This document shows positions 17,913 to 28,883 of a stretch of 32,000 nt of DNA, piece after piece (the first letter of the stretch is position 1; the number at the start of each line of letters is the position of its first letter). The notes under the pieces were generated by a model. The model had not been told where the DNA came from. It did not search any database and saw only the letters and a list, made by a program, of their open reading frames with translations. The DNA is taken from positions 1 to 32,000 of the forward strand of contig DXJG01000001.1 of NCBI GenBank assembly GCA_019056805.1, read 5' to 3'. A program made the position numbers and the translations under genes. Origin of the DNA: Candidatus Baldrarchaeota archaeon (GTDB lineage Archaea; Asgardarchaeota; Baldrarchaeia; Baldrarchaeales; DXJG01).

Positions 17913-18635
17913 GTGATAAAAATGGAAATTACTGTCATATTTCTTGGTGCTGAGAACGAAGGAAATATAGGTTCTTTAGCCAGGGTAATGAAAAATTTCG
18001 GATTAACTGATCTTATTTTAGTGTCTCCTAAAGTGATGATAGGAAAAGATGCTATAAAAGCAGCTATGCATGCTCAAGATGTTTTACGGTCAGCTAAAAT
18101 TGTTGAAAAATTTGAGGATGCTATTAAAAATGTGGATTTTGTAGTTGGAACAACGGCAAGGCTGGGATGGAATTATAATGTATTAAGAACCCCTATATAC
18201 CCGGATCAGTTGTCTAGACTGAAAGAAGTAGAGGGAAAAGTTGCTATAGTTTTTGGTAGAGAAAGTAGTGGTCTTACAAATGAAGAATTAAATAAATGTG
18301 ACATCGTATTAACTATCCCAGCAAATCCGGAATATCCTACACTTAATATTACACATGCCGCTGCTATTATATTTTATGAGATATTTAAAATGTTTAAAAA
18401 ATCTCAGGCGGAAAGATATAGGTGTGCCAGTAGAATTGAAAAGGAGAAAATTTTAGAGATATTTCACGAATTACTAAGAGAGATAGAGTATCCACAGGAA
18501 AAAACTCAGATAGCCTTTAGAATTTTTCGAAATATTATCGGCAGATCTTTTATATCTGGTAGAGAAGCACATACATTAATGGGTGTTTTTCGAAGAACCA
18601 TCATGGTAATAAAAAGGCTAAAGCAGAAGAAGTAA
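17913..18635 (+). CDS. trmJ: TrmJ/LasT SPOUT RNA 2'-O-methyltransferase
   Basis: GNIGSLARVMKNFG, VGTTAR, VFGRESSGLTNEEL..CD, YPTLNITHA. Alternative ATG at 17922. Confidence 0.9.
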   Translation: MIKMEITVIFLGAENEGNIGSLARVMKNFGLTDLILVSPKVMIGKDAIKAAMHAQDVLRSAKIVEKFEDAIKNVDFVVGTTARLGWNYNVLRTPIYPDQLSRLKEVEGKVAIVFGRESSGLTNEELNKCDIVLTIPANPEYPTLNITHAAAIIFYEIFKMFKKSQAERYRCASRIEKEKILEIFHELLREIEYPQEKTQIAFRIFRNIIGRSFISGREAHTLMGVFRRTIMVIKRLKQKK

Positions 18636-18652
18636 ATTTTACGGTAGTGTCA

Positions 18653-19186
18653 TTAGAAACCGAGTTTCTTTTTCAACTCTGGTGGTGCTTCTTCAACTAC
18701 AATTCTGCATTTCATTGGGAATTTCATTGCTGCCCTTCTTAAAGCCTCTATAGCAGCATCAACATTATCCTCGTTAACTCTTACAAAGACCAATCTTTGT
18801 CCCGCTTTAACTCTTGCAGCTGTTCCTATCGGCTTGCCAAAAGCTTTTCTCATACCGTCTTGAAGTCTATCAGCGCCTGCAAATGCCATCATTTTGTTTT
18901 CTCTCAGAACATGATGTGGATAAACTGTTATCTTTAAGTGAAAGTTTGATCGGCTTAGTTTGCCAGTTAAGTACTTGTTGGCAGCTATTCTTGCTGCTTC
19001 TAGTGCATTATGTCTGACTTGTCTGTTTTCTAGAGCTATAAGGCTTATTTTTACTTTAAAATCACCACTTGGGTTCCCCATATCGAATATTCTTATTTTT
19101 GGCGGTGGAAATCCTCTAATATACTCTTTTCTAGTATATGGTGGTCTATCAATTTTTCCATAGCATTTTGCTGGTCTTTCTGGCAT
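18653..19186 (-). CDS. rpl10e: 50S ribosomal protein L10e/uL16
   Basis: [36 protein letters not shown]...[22 protein letters not shown]. Confidence 0.98.
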   Translation of the reverse strand: MPERPAKCYGKIDRPPYTRKEYIRGFPPPKIRIFDMGNPSGDFKVKISLIALENRQVRHNALEAARIAANKYLTGKLSRSNFHLKITVYPHHVLRENKMMAFAGADRLQDGMRKAFGKPIGTAARVKAGQRLVFVRVNEDNVDAAIEALRRAAMKFPMKCRIVVEEAPPELKKKLGF

Positions 19187-19394
19187 ATTTGTGATCCTCC
19201 GAATTTGCTGAAGAATCGTAACACTAACGGTTTATTAACTTTATCCTCAATTGTTAAAAGCAAGGAAGAGGTAACACGAACTTAAACTTAGCTATGGTGC
19301 CAGATCCATATTTAATGTTGTTGGTTTCATAAAAAAAAAGTAGGATATTACATCAATTTCGAGTTAAAGATAAAATTTGAGGAGAACTCCCTAA

Positions 19395-20492
19395 ATGAAA
19401 GTAAATAATGAATTTTATCTACTAATAAAAACAGTCCCGGGTCTTGAAGATATAGCTGCAATGGAAGTAAAGAATTTACTTGGAAATGTAGATAAAATCA
19501 TAGTTCGACCTCACGGTATCATGGGTCGAATCTTAGTTAAAGTTAGTATTTCTCCTTTTAGATTTTGTCGGATTCTTAATGAAAAAGCAAAAAGTATCGA
19601 AAAGGTAGTTGTCCTACTAGGTATGTATAAAGTAAGTCGAACAAAAAAGGGTCTAGAGGACATATATGAAGTCGTTAAAGCATCAAAATTCAGTAATTTT
19701 CTAACTCCGCATGATAGCTTTGGAGTTCGACCTAGTAGGGAAGGAAAGCACGAATACACTTCGTTAGATATAGGAAAAGTTGGAGGAGATGCCGTAATAG
19801 ATGAAATGAAGGAAGTTTATGGATTAAGGCCTGCGGTGAATTTGAAACACCCTTCAATTATTATTTATTGTGATGTTGTTGGAGATACTTGTATGATTGG
19901 TATAGATACAACTGGTGACATGGCGCTACATAAAAGAGGGTACAGGGTTTTTGATCATCCAGCTGCTTTGAGACCAACTATAGCATATGCTATGATTAAA
20001 ATTGCTAACGTTAAAGAGGGTGAAATTTTGTTAGACCCTTTTTGTGGCGGCGGAACCATACTTATTGAAGCTGCTCGTCTCTATAGAAGCTTGAAAATTT
20101 TTGGGCTTGACATATTTGCAGAAAATATTAAAGGCGCATATCTTAATGCAATCAGCGCTGGAGTGGCTGAAAAAATCGCTTTCATTGTTGGAGATGCTAC
20201 TAAATTAGATAAAATTTTCAATATTAACATAGATAAAATTATTTGCAACCCTCCCTATGGTATACGTCAGTTAAGAGGAGAAAAGAGAAAAGAAATACCT
20301 CGACTTTATGATAAATTTTTGTTGTCTGCTTCGAAAATACTTGCTGATGATGGGCTAATATGTATTATAACTCCCAAGAAAAAAACCATTAAATTAGCTA
20401 TTGAAAAGTCTGAACTACAAATTTGCCATGAGAGAGAAATATATCACGGAGGATTAAAAGCCCACATTTTCACCTTAAAGAAGCAAAAATAA
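19395..20492 (+). CDS. THUMP-domain tRNA guanine-N2 methyltransferase (Trm14-like)
   Basis: GLEDIAA.E, THUMP segment, LHKRGYRV.DHPAAL..TIA, DPFCGGGTI, NPPYG. Confidence 0.85.
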   Translation: MKVNNEFYLLIKTVPGLEDIAAMEVKNLLGNVDKIIVRPHGIMGRILVKVSISPFRFCRILNEKAKSIEKVVVLLGMYKVSRTKKGLEDIYEVVKASKFSNFLTPHDSFGVRPSREGKHEYTSLDIGKVGGDAVIDEMKEVYGLRPAVNLKHPSIIIYCDVVGDTCMIGIDTTGDMALHKRGYRVFDHPAALRPTIAYAMIKIANVKEGEILLDPFCGGGTILIEAARLYRSLKIFGLDIFAENIKGAYLNAISAGVAEKIAFIVGDATKLDKIFNINIDKIICNPPYGIRQLRGEKRKEIPRLYDKFLLSASKILADDGLICIITPKKKTIKLAIEKSELQICHEREIYHGGLKAHIFTLKKQK

Positions 20493-20515
20493 GCTGCAAA
20501 ATAGAAATACTATCT

Positions 20516-21352
20516 TTATTTTATTGCCTTAGCTACTACTATTATGGATACTCCTAAATTTGCAAAAGAAGGATGTCTACTAAATTTTTCCTCAAATCTA
20601 TTTATTATCTTAAGATATAATGAAAGTAGTTTTCCCGTTTTTCTAATTATTGGTGGTGGAAGTATGGGAATAAGGACATGTACCCCTCTGACTTTTACTA
20701 TTTTAAATCCATTTTTATGTAAGATCTTTTCTACAAAAATACGATCAAAATAGTAATTAGTTATCCATTTAAGCCCTTCTGTATCTATGTATGGAAAATG
20801 GAGTTTTTTTACTCTTCCGTTTCTTAAAAGTTCGATTATTGTGTTTTTTTGTTCTTTAATACCATAAAATCCGCATATTCGCCATAGGGTTTCAAAGCTT
20901 TTCCAATTATCAAATTCAAGTATGAAAATACCGCCCTTTACCATGACTTGGTTAATTGAATGAATGACTTTATTGAAATGTAAAATATGATTTAGGACTC
21001 CCCCTAAACATATTACCGTATCAAAAATATCAGATCTAAGTGGGATATTCTCTGCAGATGCAATAATAAAATCTACGTTCTTGGCGTTGATTCTCCTTTT
21101 TTTAATCCTAGCAATTCTGATCATTCCTGATGAAACATCAATTCCGACGATTCTGGTCCCTTTATATCTGGATATTTCTAATGCCGGCCAACCGGTTCCA
21201 GTTCCGATATCTAGGACAAATTTGTTTGTGAAATTGAAGGATTTTATTTCTCTTTCATACTCTTTGTACATGTGGTCATCTAATAGATCATCTGGTGCAT
21301 CGTATAATGTTGATACTTCATCATAGAATTTTGCGACTATTTTTTCCTCCAT
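20516..21352 (-). CDS. Class I SAM-dependent methyltransferase (Methyltransf_11-like), substrate unknown
   Basis: VLDIGTGTG, GIDVS.GM, ASAENIP..SD.FD.V, LK.GG-like MVKGGIF. Confidence 0.85.
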   Translation of the reverse strand: MEEKIVAKFYDEVSTLYDAPDDLLDDHMYKEYEREIKSFNFTNKFVLDIGTGTGWPALEISRYKGTRIVGIDVSSGMIRIARIKKRRINAKNVDFIIASAENIPLRSDIFDTVICLGGVLNHILHFNKVIHSINQVMVKGGIFILEFDNWKSFETLWRICGFYGIKEQKNTIIELLRNGRVKKLHFPYIDTEGLKWITNYYFDRIFVEKILHKNGFKIVKVRGVHVLIPILPPPIIRKTGKLLSLYLKIINRFEEKFSRHPSFANLGVSIIVVAKAIK

Positions 21353-21482
21353 AACCCTTTCACAACTCGCTAATTGCGTATTTAGAAAATTTATACTAAT
21401 GAGACATTCTATCGTAGAATTACAAACAAGTGTTGAAGTAATAATTAAGATAAAATATAAAGGAACTGGGTTTTACTTTATT

Positions 21483-23267
21483 TTAGATTGGTGCTACTTG
21501 TAGGAGTGAATTGAACTCTTCTTCTAACTGTTTCTCTACTTTATCGAAGACTTCATCGACTTCTTCTATTGGTACTATTTTTAACCTTGCTATCCGTTCA
21601 CGGACTGGAAGGCTTGTAACTTTCTCCATTGGAATTCCTCGATCAATGGCTTCCTTAGCTTTTTCGTAGAAGCTTAGTATTATTTTTAGCATTCTATAGG
21701 CCTTCTTCAGAGGACAATATGTGTCTACTGGATGTAAGGCGCTTTGTTGAAGGTAGTCTTCTCTTATCATTCTTGCTGCTTCGAGAATTACCCTTTCACT
21801 TTCAGGTAGAGCATCTGGACCTACTAGTTGAACAATTTCTCTTAGTTCCTCTTCTCTCTGTAAAAGCCACATGGCGGTTCTTCGAAGTTCTGTCCAATCA
21901 TTGGCGACGTGTTCTCGGTACCATTCTTCTAGGTTTTCCAAATATAGCGAATAGCTGGTTAGCCAGTTAATTGCAGGGAAATGTCTTCTTGAAGCTAAGT
22001 CTTTATCTAAAGCCCAGAAAACTTTAACAATTCTGAGAGTATTTACGGTTACTGGTTCGGAAAAGTCTCCTCCAGGCGGTGAAACTGCGCCACAAACTGT
22101 AACCGATCCTGTCCTGGGTTTTGATCCTATGGTTTCTACTCTTCCGGCTCTTTCATAGAATTCAGCTAATCTTGATGCTAGATACGCGGGATATCCTTCC
22201 TCTCCTGGCATTTCTTCAAGTCTACCTGATATTTCTCTAAGCGCTTCTGCCCATCTTGATGTCGAATCCGCCATTAAGGCTACGTCATATCCCATATCTC
22301 TATAATACTCAGCAAGAGTTATTCCAGTGTAGATGGATGCTTCTCGTGCAGCGACTGGCATGTTGCTTGTGTTTGCTATGAGTATGGTTCTGTTCATTAG
22401 TGGTTCTCCTGTTCTTGGGTCTTTTAGCTTTGGAAAATCTTCTAATACTTCTGTCATTTCGTTTCCTCTTTCACCACATCCTATGTAGACTATAATGTCG
22501 GTGTCGGCCCATTTTGCAAGTTGGTGTAGCATTACGGTTTTACCAGTGCCGAAACCTCCGGGTATTGCTGCTGTTCCTCCTTTCGCCTGTGGGAATAGAG
22601 TGTCTATTATTCTTTGCCCTGTTATTAAGGGTACCTCGGTAGGTAGCTTATTTCTTATTGGTCTTGCTCTTCGAACTGGCCATTTCTGTAGCATTGCTAT
22701 TTCTTTTTCTTCGCCAAGAGGTGTTTTAATTTTTGCAATTGGTTCTTCTATGGTGTAGTCTCCCTCTGGTGCTATCCATGTCAATTCGCCACGGATTCCA
22801 ATTGGAATCATCACTTTGTGTGTTACCAATGTTGTTTCTGGTACTTCACCTATGATGTCTCCTTCGACTACCTTTTCTCCAGGTTTTGCCTGTGGTTTAA
22901 AATGCCATTTTTTGTCTCTTGGTAGTGCCTCGGTCTTTACTCCTCTTCTTATGAAATCTCCTGTTTCTCTTTTAATTTCTGGTAATGGTCGCTGTATTCC
23001 ATCAAATATTTGTCCTATTAGTCCTGGTCCAAGTTCGACGGATAGCGGAGATCCCGTTGCTACGACCTTTTCTCCAGGTTTTATTCCTGTTGTTTCTTCG
23101 TATACTTGTATGTAAGCTCGATCTCCAATTACTCTTATGACTTCTCCTATTAATTCCTCATTACCTACTCGGCAAACCTCGTACATTTTTACTCCTGTTA
23201 GGCCTTCTGCTTCTACAAGTGGTCCAGCAATTCTTGATATTGTACCTATTTTTTGCATTCTAAACAC
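21483..23267 (-). CDS. atpA: A/V-type ATP synthase subunit A
   Basis: Walker [46 protein letters not shown]...HFPAINW; no intein. Confidence 0.98.
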   Translation of the reverse strand: MFRMQKIGTISRIAGPLVEAEGLTGVKMYEVCRVGNEELIGEVIRVIGDRAYIQVYEETTGIKPGEKVVATGSPLSVELGPGLIGQIFDGIQRPLPEIKRETGDFIRRGVKTEALPRDKKWHFKPQAKPGEKVVEGDIIGEVPETTLVTHKVMIPIGIRGELTWIAPEGDYTIEEPIAKIKTPLGEEKEIAMLQKWPVRRARPIRNKLPTEVPLITGQRIIDTLFPQAKGGTAAIPGGFGTGKTVMLHQLAKWADTDIIVYIGCGERGNEMTEVLEDFPKLKDPRTGEPLMNRTILIANTSNMPVAAREASIYTGITLAEYYRDMGYDVALMADSTSRWAEALREISGRLEEMPGEEGYPAYLASRLAEFYERAGRVETIGSKPRTGSVTVCGAVSPPGGDFSEPVTVNTLRIVKVFWALDKDLASRRHFPAINWLTSYSLYLENLEEWYREHVANDWTELRRTAMWLLQREEELREIVQLVGPDALPESERVILEAARMIREDYLQQSALHPVDTYCPLKKAYRMLKIILSFYEKAKEAIDRGIPMEKVTSLPVRERIARLKIVPIEEVDEVFDKVEKQLEEEFNSLLQVAPI

Positions 23268-23285
23268 CTAACTTAAAATGTTAAT

Positions 23286-23630
23286 TTAAATTTCTTCTTC
23301 ACCTTTCTTTAACTTGAGTTCTACTCCTAATGTCGTTCTTATTAATTCACGAATCGGATCTACTTCCCTTTCTATTGGCCCATGTTTATCTGGTATCTCC
23401 ACAACTATTAGTGAAGGTTTTTTATAAAGTTCTTTTATTACATCCCTTAAATTATCGGCAATTCTTTCGGTTATTATTATTGTCCCGACGTCATCTCGTT
23501 TTGATAAACGTTCTAATAGTTCTCGAGCATCCTCTACTGATTTAACTGGATAAACTAGTCCCACGCCTGCCAATTTAAATCCAATTGCGGTGTCTTGATC
23601 TGCTACAACCGCTATTTTCATTTCTACCAT
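23286..23630 (-). CDS. atpF: A/V-type ATP synthase subunit F
   Basis: KIAVVAD.DTAIGFKLAGV, III.E.IA, VEIP; immediately upstream of atpA. Confidence 0.93.
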   Translation of the reverse strand: MVEMKIAVVADQDTAIGFKLAGVGLVYPVKSVEDARELLERLSKRDDVGTIIITERIADNLRDVIKELYKKPSLIVVEIPDKHGPIEREVDPIRELIRTTLGVELKLKKGEEEI

Positions 23631-23678
23631 CTCTTTTTATGGCGGGAATATTTTGTATATGGGATTTATAAACTTAAT

Positions 23679-24146
23679 TTAAAATTGTTTTTCAATATCT
23701 TCGTGTAGCATGACCATTCCGCAGTACTGGCAACGTAATTTTGTAGGATGCTCACTTATTACTGTGAATACCGGTTCTATTGGTTCTCTAGGGTTGTTTG
23801 ATATACAATTAGGATTAATGCACCTTATTATTCCTTTTATAACTTTTGGAAGCTTTACTTTGCTCTTTTCAACAACCTGATAATTTCTTACAATATTAAT
23901 TGTCGCCTTTGGAGCTATTAGTGCAATCATATTAACTTCACGTGGACTGAGTTCTCTACCCTCAATTTTCACAATATCTTTTTTACCTAACTTTTTGCTT
24001 GGAACATTCATAACTATACTAACTACATTGCCTTCTTTTCCAGTTATTCCTAGTATTCTCAATACGTTAAGCGCATTACCTTGCGTGATATGGTCTATCA
24101 CTGTACCATCTTTTATTTTTTCTACTCGAAGTTCTGACTCACTCAT
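23679..24146 (-). CDS. pyrI: Aspartate carbamoyltransferase regulatory chain
   Basis: [23 protein letters not shown], Zn site CINPNC...CQYC. Confidence 0.97.
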   Translation of the reverse strand: MSESELRVEKIKDGTVIDHITQGNALNVLRILGITGKEGNVVSIVMNVPSKKLGKKDIVKIEGRELSPREVNMIALIAPKATINIVRNYQVVEKSKVKLPKVIKGIIRCINPNCISNNPREPIEPVFTVISEHPTKLRCQYCGMVMLHEDIEKQF

Positions 24147-24222
24147 CTATGTACCCCCTTCACAAGACTGTTAGTAAAAAAGTTAATAATAATTTCTTTA
24201 GAAAATACCAATGGTGTGATAA

Positions 24223-25146
<924 letters not shown>

Positions 25147-25381
25147 AGGTTATCTCGACCTATTGTTTTCCGGAGTGTTTTTTATTTCTATTTCTAAGCG
25201 GTTTTCGTCGATACCAAAACCTAGGATAAGCTCTGGGTTGCAGTTTGAATACCTCCAACTCCCACCGAATTTCTTGAATTATTATAATATTCTATTCTTT
25301 AATATATTTTTTGAGAATAAACTCAAATTTTTTTGACAAAAACTTTGTAGAAAAAAGACACTTGTATTCTAAGACCTTTTA

Positions 25382-27661
25382 CTACTTAGTTAATTTACTG
25401 CCAACTAGAAAATTTAGAAAGTCTTGATCAATGTTTTTCGCATATATAGATGTATAGGGGCCTGTTAACCTAGTATTGTACATTAGTTCTTCAAATCCAC
25501 GGTTACAGATGGGACAGGCCCTTAAAATTCCTTGATTTATCTCTTTACAATTTAGACAATAGGTTGAGCTTCTTGTATACGCAAAGAGTCCGATGTTATT
25601 GGCAAGAATATTATTTGTAATATCCTTAAGTTCATTAAATTCTCTAGAATTATTGTCTAAGTTTATGTTAAGGATGTGTCCACCCCTTAGATATGTATGT
25701 GTACTATTTGCCAATTTTATTTTTTCAAGAGTAGAGAGATTCTCTGTTGCAGGAATTACGTTGGTGGAGTAAAAGGGTGGTGTAATATCCTTATAGTTTT
25801 TGAAAATTCCTTTATTCAATTTTAAAAATCGGAGAGAAGGTTCGACATCGGGTGATTCCATGAAATTTAATCTGAGGTCATGTTCTATGCTTATTTCTTC
25901 AGCTATTTTTTCGGAATTCTTCAATATTCTCATTAAAAAGTTTTGTGTATCTTTTTCGCTGATGGAATTTGAGGTATGAATTTGAGCCGCCTCAGGTAAA
26001 CCAACATAACCTATCATGTAAGTTGCTGTTTCCTCTCTAAAATAGGGTTCATTATCTATTTTAAGGTTTAATAGCGGTAATAGCTTGTCTATTGATGATC
26101 TTTTTCGTACTTCATCTCTCTTAATTAGAAATGCTTTTACTGCACAATTTATTGTGTCATTAAATTCTTCGAAGAATTTATCATCATCTCCTTTAGCGAG
26201 AAGTGCTGTTCTTACCATATTTATAGCTATCCAAGCCATACAACATGTTCTAATCGTGTCAATTTTCCAATTTCTTTTATAGTTTGAATCAAACCTGTGA
26301 AGTGATGCGCTGTAACTGGTATTAGGTAGTTGCCAATCTAAGGTTAGATTGGCATAAAGCGGCTGTCCTCTTTCGATGGAAAGCTTAAGAACTTTGTCAA
26401 ACTCCTCTAAATCTATGTTTCCTTTGCGAATTTTGAAAACTAGTTGTGGTTGAGTGTATGGAAGTCCACCATCTCTTCCTTTTCTAAAGATCTCTATTAA
26501 TGCTCTTAGTATATTTCTTGCTTCCTCCTGATATTCACCGTATGTACCGTCTTCCTTGCCTTCAAAGCTAATAGCTGGTTCATTTTCCAAAAAAGAAGGA
26601 ACTGAGAATTCTAAATTAAATGTAATAATTGTTTGATTCCATTTTCTGTTTAAAAATTCTATAATCTTTTTTAAAATATTTTTTATTTTTTCGTAGTTTA
26701 TTGATTTAAAAAGTGGTGCTAAGAATATATTAAAGAAGTCTATTGTTTGGAAAAAAGAGAAATGTGTATCAAATATATTGAAAAGGTTATAAAAGTACAA
26801 TGGAATGTCATAAACATCTCTTGGTGGTATTAATGGATTAAAAGTAATATTTTTAGAGTTTAGTGATATATCCATCTTTAAGATTAAAGAAAGATCGTGT
26901 TGAATACCGTAGGGTTTTAATATCCAATAGTTTGCTTGTGGTATATGTATCCTCCCGGATAAGTGCGCATCGGCCACTTTCCTGGGCAGTACCTTTAGTA
27001 AAAGATACTGTTCGAACACGGAATCTCCAGCAAGTCCTCTAGCCAGTTCTGGGTTTGGAAATGATGATTTTTTACCTGCATTTTTGACAAGTTGAGAAAC
27101 GTCATAAACTGGGAGTCCTAAACGTGTTAGTGAATGACGGTATTCTTCTAGTCCTTTTTCAAGCAAAATGGCGTTTACAAACTCTCTTATTAAGGGTGCG
27201 GTTAGATATTTTACTTTCAGTTTAAATAGTCTATCTTCAGCTTCTTTTGCTATTTCTTCAGCCAACTCTTGCGGTACCCCTGCCTCTCTTTTTAGTGCCT
27301 CAGCGATTTTACTTCGGTCAAATCGTTCCATTTTTAGCCTTGAAGTTCTGACAAATATTTCTCCGAATTCTCTTCTTCCAAAATCATCTAAAAGCCATAA
27401 AAAGTCTACTACATTCTCCCCCAGAGGAGTTAAAAAATATTTACCAGTTTTCTCATCAGATATTACGAGGTTTGCATCTCTAAGTTGATTCAGATGATAA
27501 GCAAACTTGCCTGCGTCTGTTTTTGGCGTCATGCCAAGTTCATACATTATTTCAGTAAAAGAAAGCAGTTTTTTTCTACTGAGAAGTTTAAGTATTTCAA
27601 CTCTTAGGGGACTAGATATTGCTGATAATACACGAAACGAAAAATCAAATTTTTCATTCAT
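25382..27661 (-). CDS. nrdD: ArsR-type wHTH + ATP-cone + class III ribonucleotide reductase (NrdD)-fold protein; catalytic residues appear lost
   Basis: Residues ~1-95 form a wHTH (SPLRVEILKLL...AGKFAYHL..L....LV...Y.LT..G). ATP cone VRTS...E.FDRSKIA...LTAPLIREFVNA.L. NrdD-like motifs LSGRIHI, QHDL, G.PY..P, DTIRT, IGYVGLPEA, GGHI, CxxC-CxxC, RLTG. Confidence 0.85.
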   Translation of the reverse strand: MNEKFDFSFRVLSAISSPLRVEILKLLSRKKLLSFTEIMYELGMTPKTDAGKFAYHLNQLRDANLVISDEKTGKYFLTPLGENVVDFLWLLDDFGRREFGEIFVRTSRLKMERFDRSKIAEALKREAGVPQELAEEIAKEAEDRLFKLKVKYLTAPLIREFVNAILLEKGLEEYRHSLTRLGLPVYDVSQLVKNAGKKSSFPNPELARGLAGDSVFEQYLLLKVLPRKVADAHLSGRIHIPQANYWILKPYGIQHDLSLILKMDISLNSKNITFNPLIPPRDVYDIPLYFYNLFNIFDTHFSFFQTIDFFNIFLAPLFKSINYEKIKNILKKIIEFLNRKWNQTIITFNLEFSVPSFLENEPAISFEGKEDGTYGEYQEEARNILRALIEIFRKGRDGGLPYTQPQLVFKIRKGNIDLEEFDKVLKLSIERGQPLYANLTLDWQLPNTSYSASLHRFDSNYKRNWKIDTIRTCCMAWIAINMVRTALLAKGDDDKFFEEFNDTINCAVKAFLIKRDEVRKRSSIDKLLPLLNLKIDNEPYFREETATYMIGYVGLPEAAQIHTSNSISEKDTQNFLMRILKNSEKIAEEISIEHDLRLNFMESPDVEPSLRFLKLNKGIFKNYKDITPPFYSTNVIPATENLSTLEKIKLANSTHTYLRGGHILNINLDNNSREFNELKDITNNILANNIGLFAYTRSSTYCLNCKEINQGILRACPICNRGFEELMYNTRLTGPYTSIYAKNIDQDFLNFLVGSKLTK

Positions 27662-27800
27662 AGTAATACACCTAACCTAACTGGAATTTTCGATGAATGT
27701 TTTTTTATGTAATTTAAGACCCTTTATGTTTCAATAAGAGAATTGATTTGTAAATATTAAATTATGTTAAAATTATTTAACGATTTACAGTTAAATGAAT

Positions 27801-28526
27801 TTATGTTAAGGGATTCAATTTTCTGAGTTTTTGAATAAGTGATTCAATATCTTCGATAAAAGATACGGCAAGAAGAATTCTTTCCTTTCTTGCCAGTTCA
27901 GTAACCATGGAATCTATTTTTCTAACACCATGTAAAACAATCAAGCTAGGTTTTTCTTGACTACCTCTAATAGCGACTAGTGGTAGTCTACCAGTACTGA
28001 TATTTGTGAATATTAGCGTACGTTGAACAGACGCTTCGAAAAGCTTAGTAAATGCCTCTCCTGAAAGTTCTCTCATTGCTAATCCGCCATCAATAATTGT
28101 GTACCCGTAAACGTCTTGTTCAAGTAATTCTTCACATGCAACAGGTTGAGCGTTTATTGCTTCACAAAAATGATCCATCTTGACAGGGGAAGCGAAATCT
28201 CTGATGTCTAAAATAATGTCTGTGGGAATCTCAACTCCCATTAATCTTCCAAACGCAGAAATAATTTGACCACCATTTTCCTCGTCAATTGTTAAAAGAA
28301 TATTAACAAATCTCTTAACAGTTTTTGCACCTGGAGATTTCCGTCTCCCGCTTTCGTAATCGCTTATAACTGACGGAGAAACACCTAATTTCTCTGCTAA
28401 AGTAACTTGAGAAACGTGGAATATCTCTCTCCATTTGCGCATGGTCTTACCGGGATCGTTCGAAAGAGATATTTCCCCTGCAATTCTTCTAGCAAGTCTT
28501 TCTTTAACAATGTTTGAAATGCTCAT
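27801..28526 (-). CDS. Conserved archaeal XRE/Cro-C1 HTH transcriptional regulator (COG1709-like)
   Basis: RIAGEI.LS.DPG.TMRKWREIF.VSQ..LA..LGVSPSVISDYESGRRKSPG, with C-terminal GYTIID and ALIFT-like motifs. Confidence 0.88.
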   Translation of the reverse strand: MSISNIVKERLARRIAGEISLSNDPGKTMRKWREIFHVSQVTLAEKLGVSPSVISDYESGRRKSPGAKTVKRFVNILLTIDEENGGQIISAFGRLMGVEIPTDIILDIRDFASPVKMDHFCEAINAQPVACEELLEQDVYGYTIIDGGLAMRELSGEAFTKLFEASVQRTLIFTNISTGRLPLVAIRGSQEKPSLIVLHGVRKIDSMVTELARKERILLAVSFIEDIESLIQKLRKLNPLT

Positions 28527-28883
28527 GTTTTAAGTTAAATAACGCCAATTACATAAGTTTTTCGATCATTAAGACAAGTGTCGAAAGGGTATAAGATAAG
28601 GATAAAAATTTAAAACTCTCTCTAAAGGTTATGGTCTCACTGTTCACACTTTTTAATTTGATAAATTGTATTAAGATTTGTTAATAATGTCCACTGACTG
28701 TTTTTATCCTTCCTTTTCTCAAAATTATAATGCTCGAGGAGAAATTATGCAAATATATAGTTCAACAATTGCTGTAATGAATAAGAAACACAAAATTTGG
28801 TATTTTTCCTTATCAATACACAAGCACTTTTTAATATTTAATGAATTTGAATGTTAAAAATTAGATAATCAATGAAAACGGTG

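Noticed and set aside
21483-23267. Intein in AtpA (or in ValRS or the NrdD-like protein)
   Set aside because: Lengths are normal, the Walker A region is continuous, and there are no splicing or LAGLIDADG motifs.
27766-27781. GTTAAA-N4-TTTAAC palindrome upstream of the NrdD-like gene as an operator
   Set aside because: It lies in an extremely AT-rich tract where such palindromes arise by chance, and I noticed no second copy.
28747-28857. 36-aa ORF with a GAGGAG SD-like motif downstream of tRNA-Pro
   Set aside because: Very AT-rich with no recognisable motif; such ORFs are expected by chance.
28527-28883. Possible integrated element or att site at the tRNA-Pro (or tRNA-Leu) 3' end
   Set aside because: I saw no duplicated tRNA 3' segment, integrase or transposase in the window.
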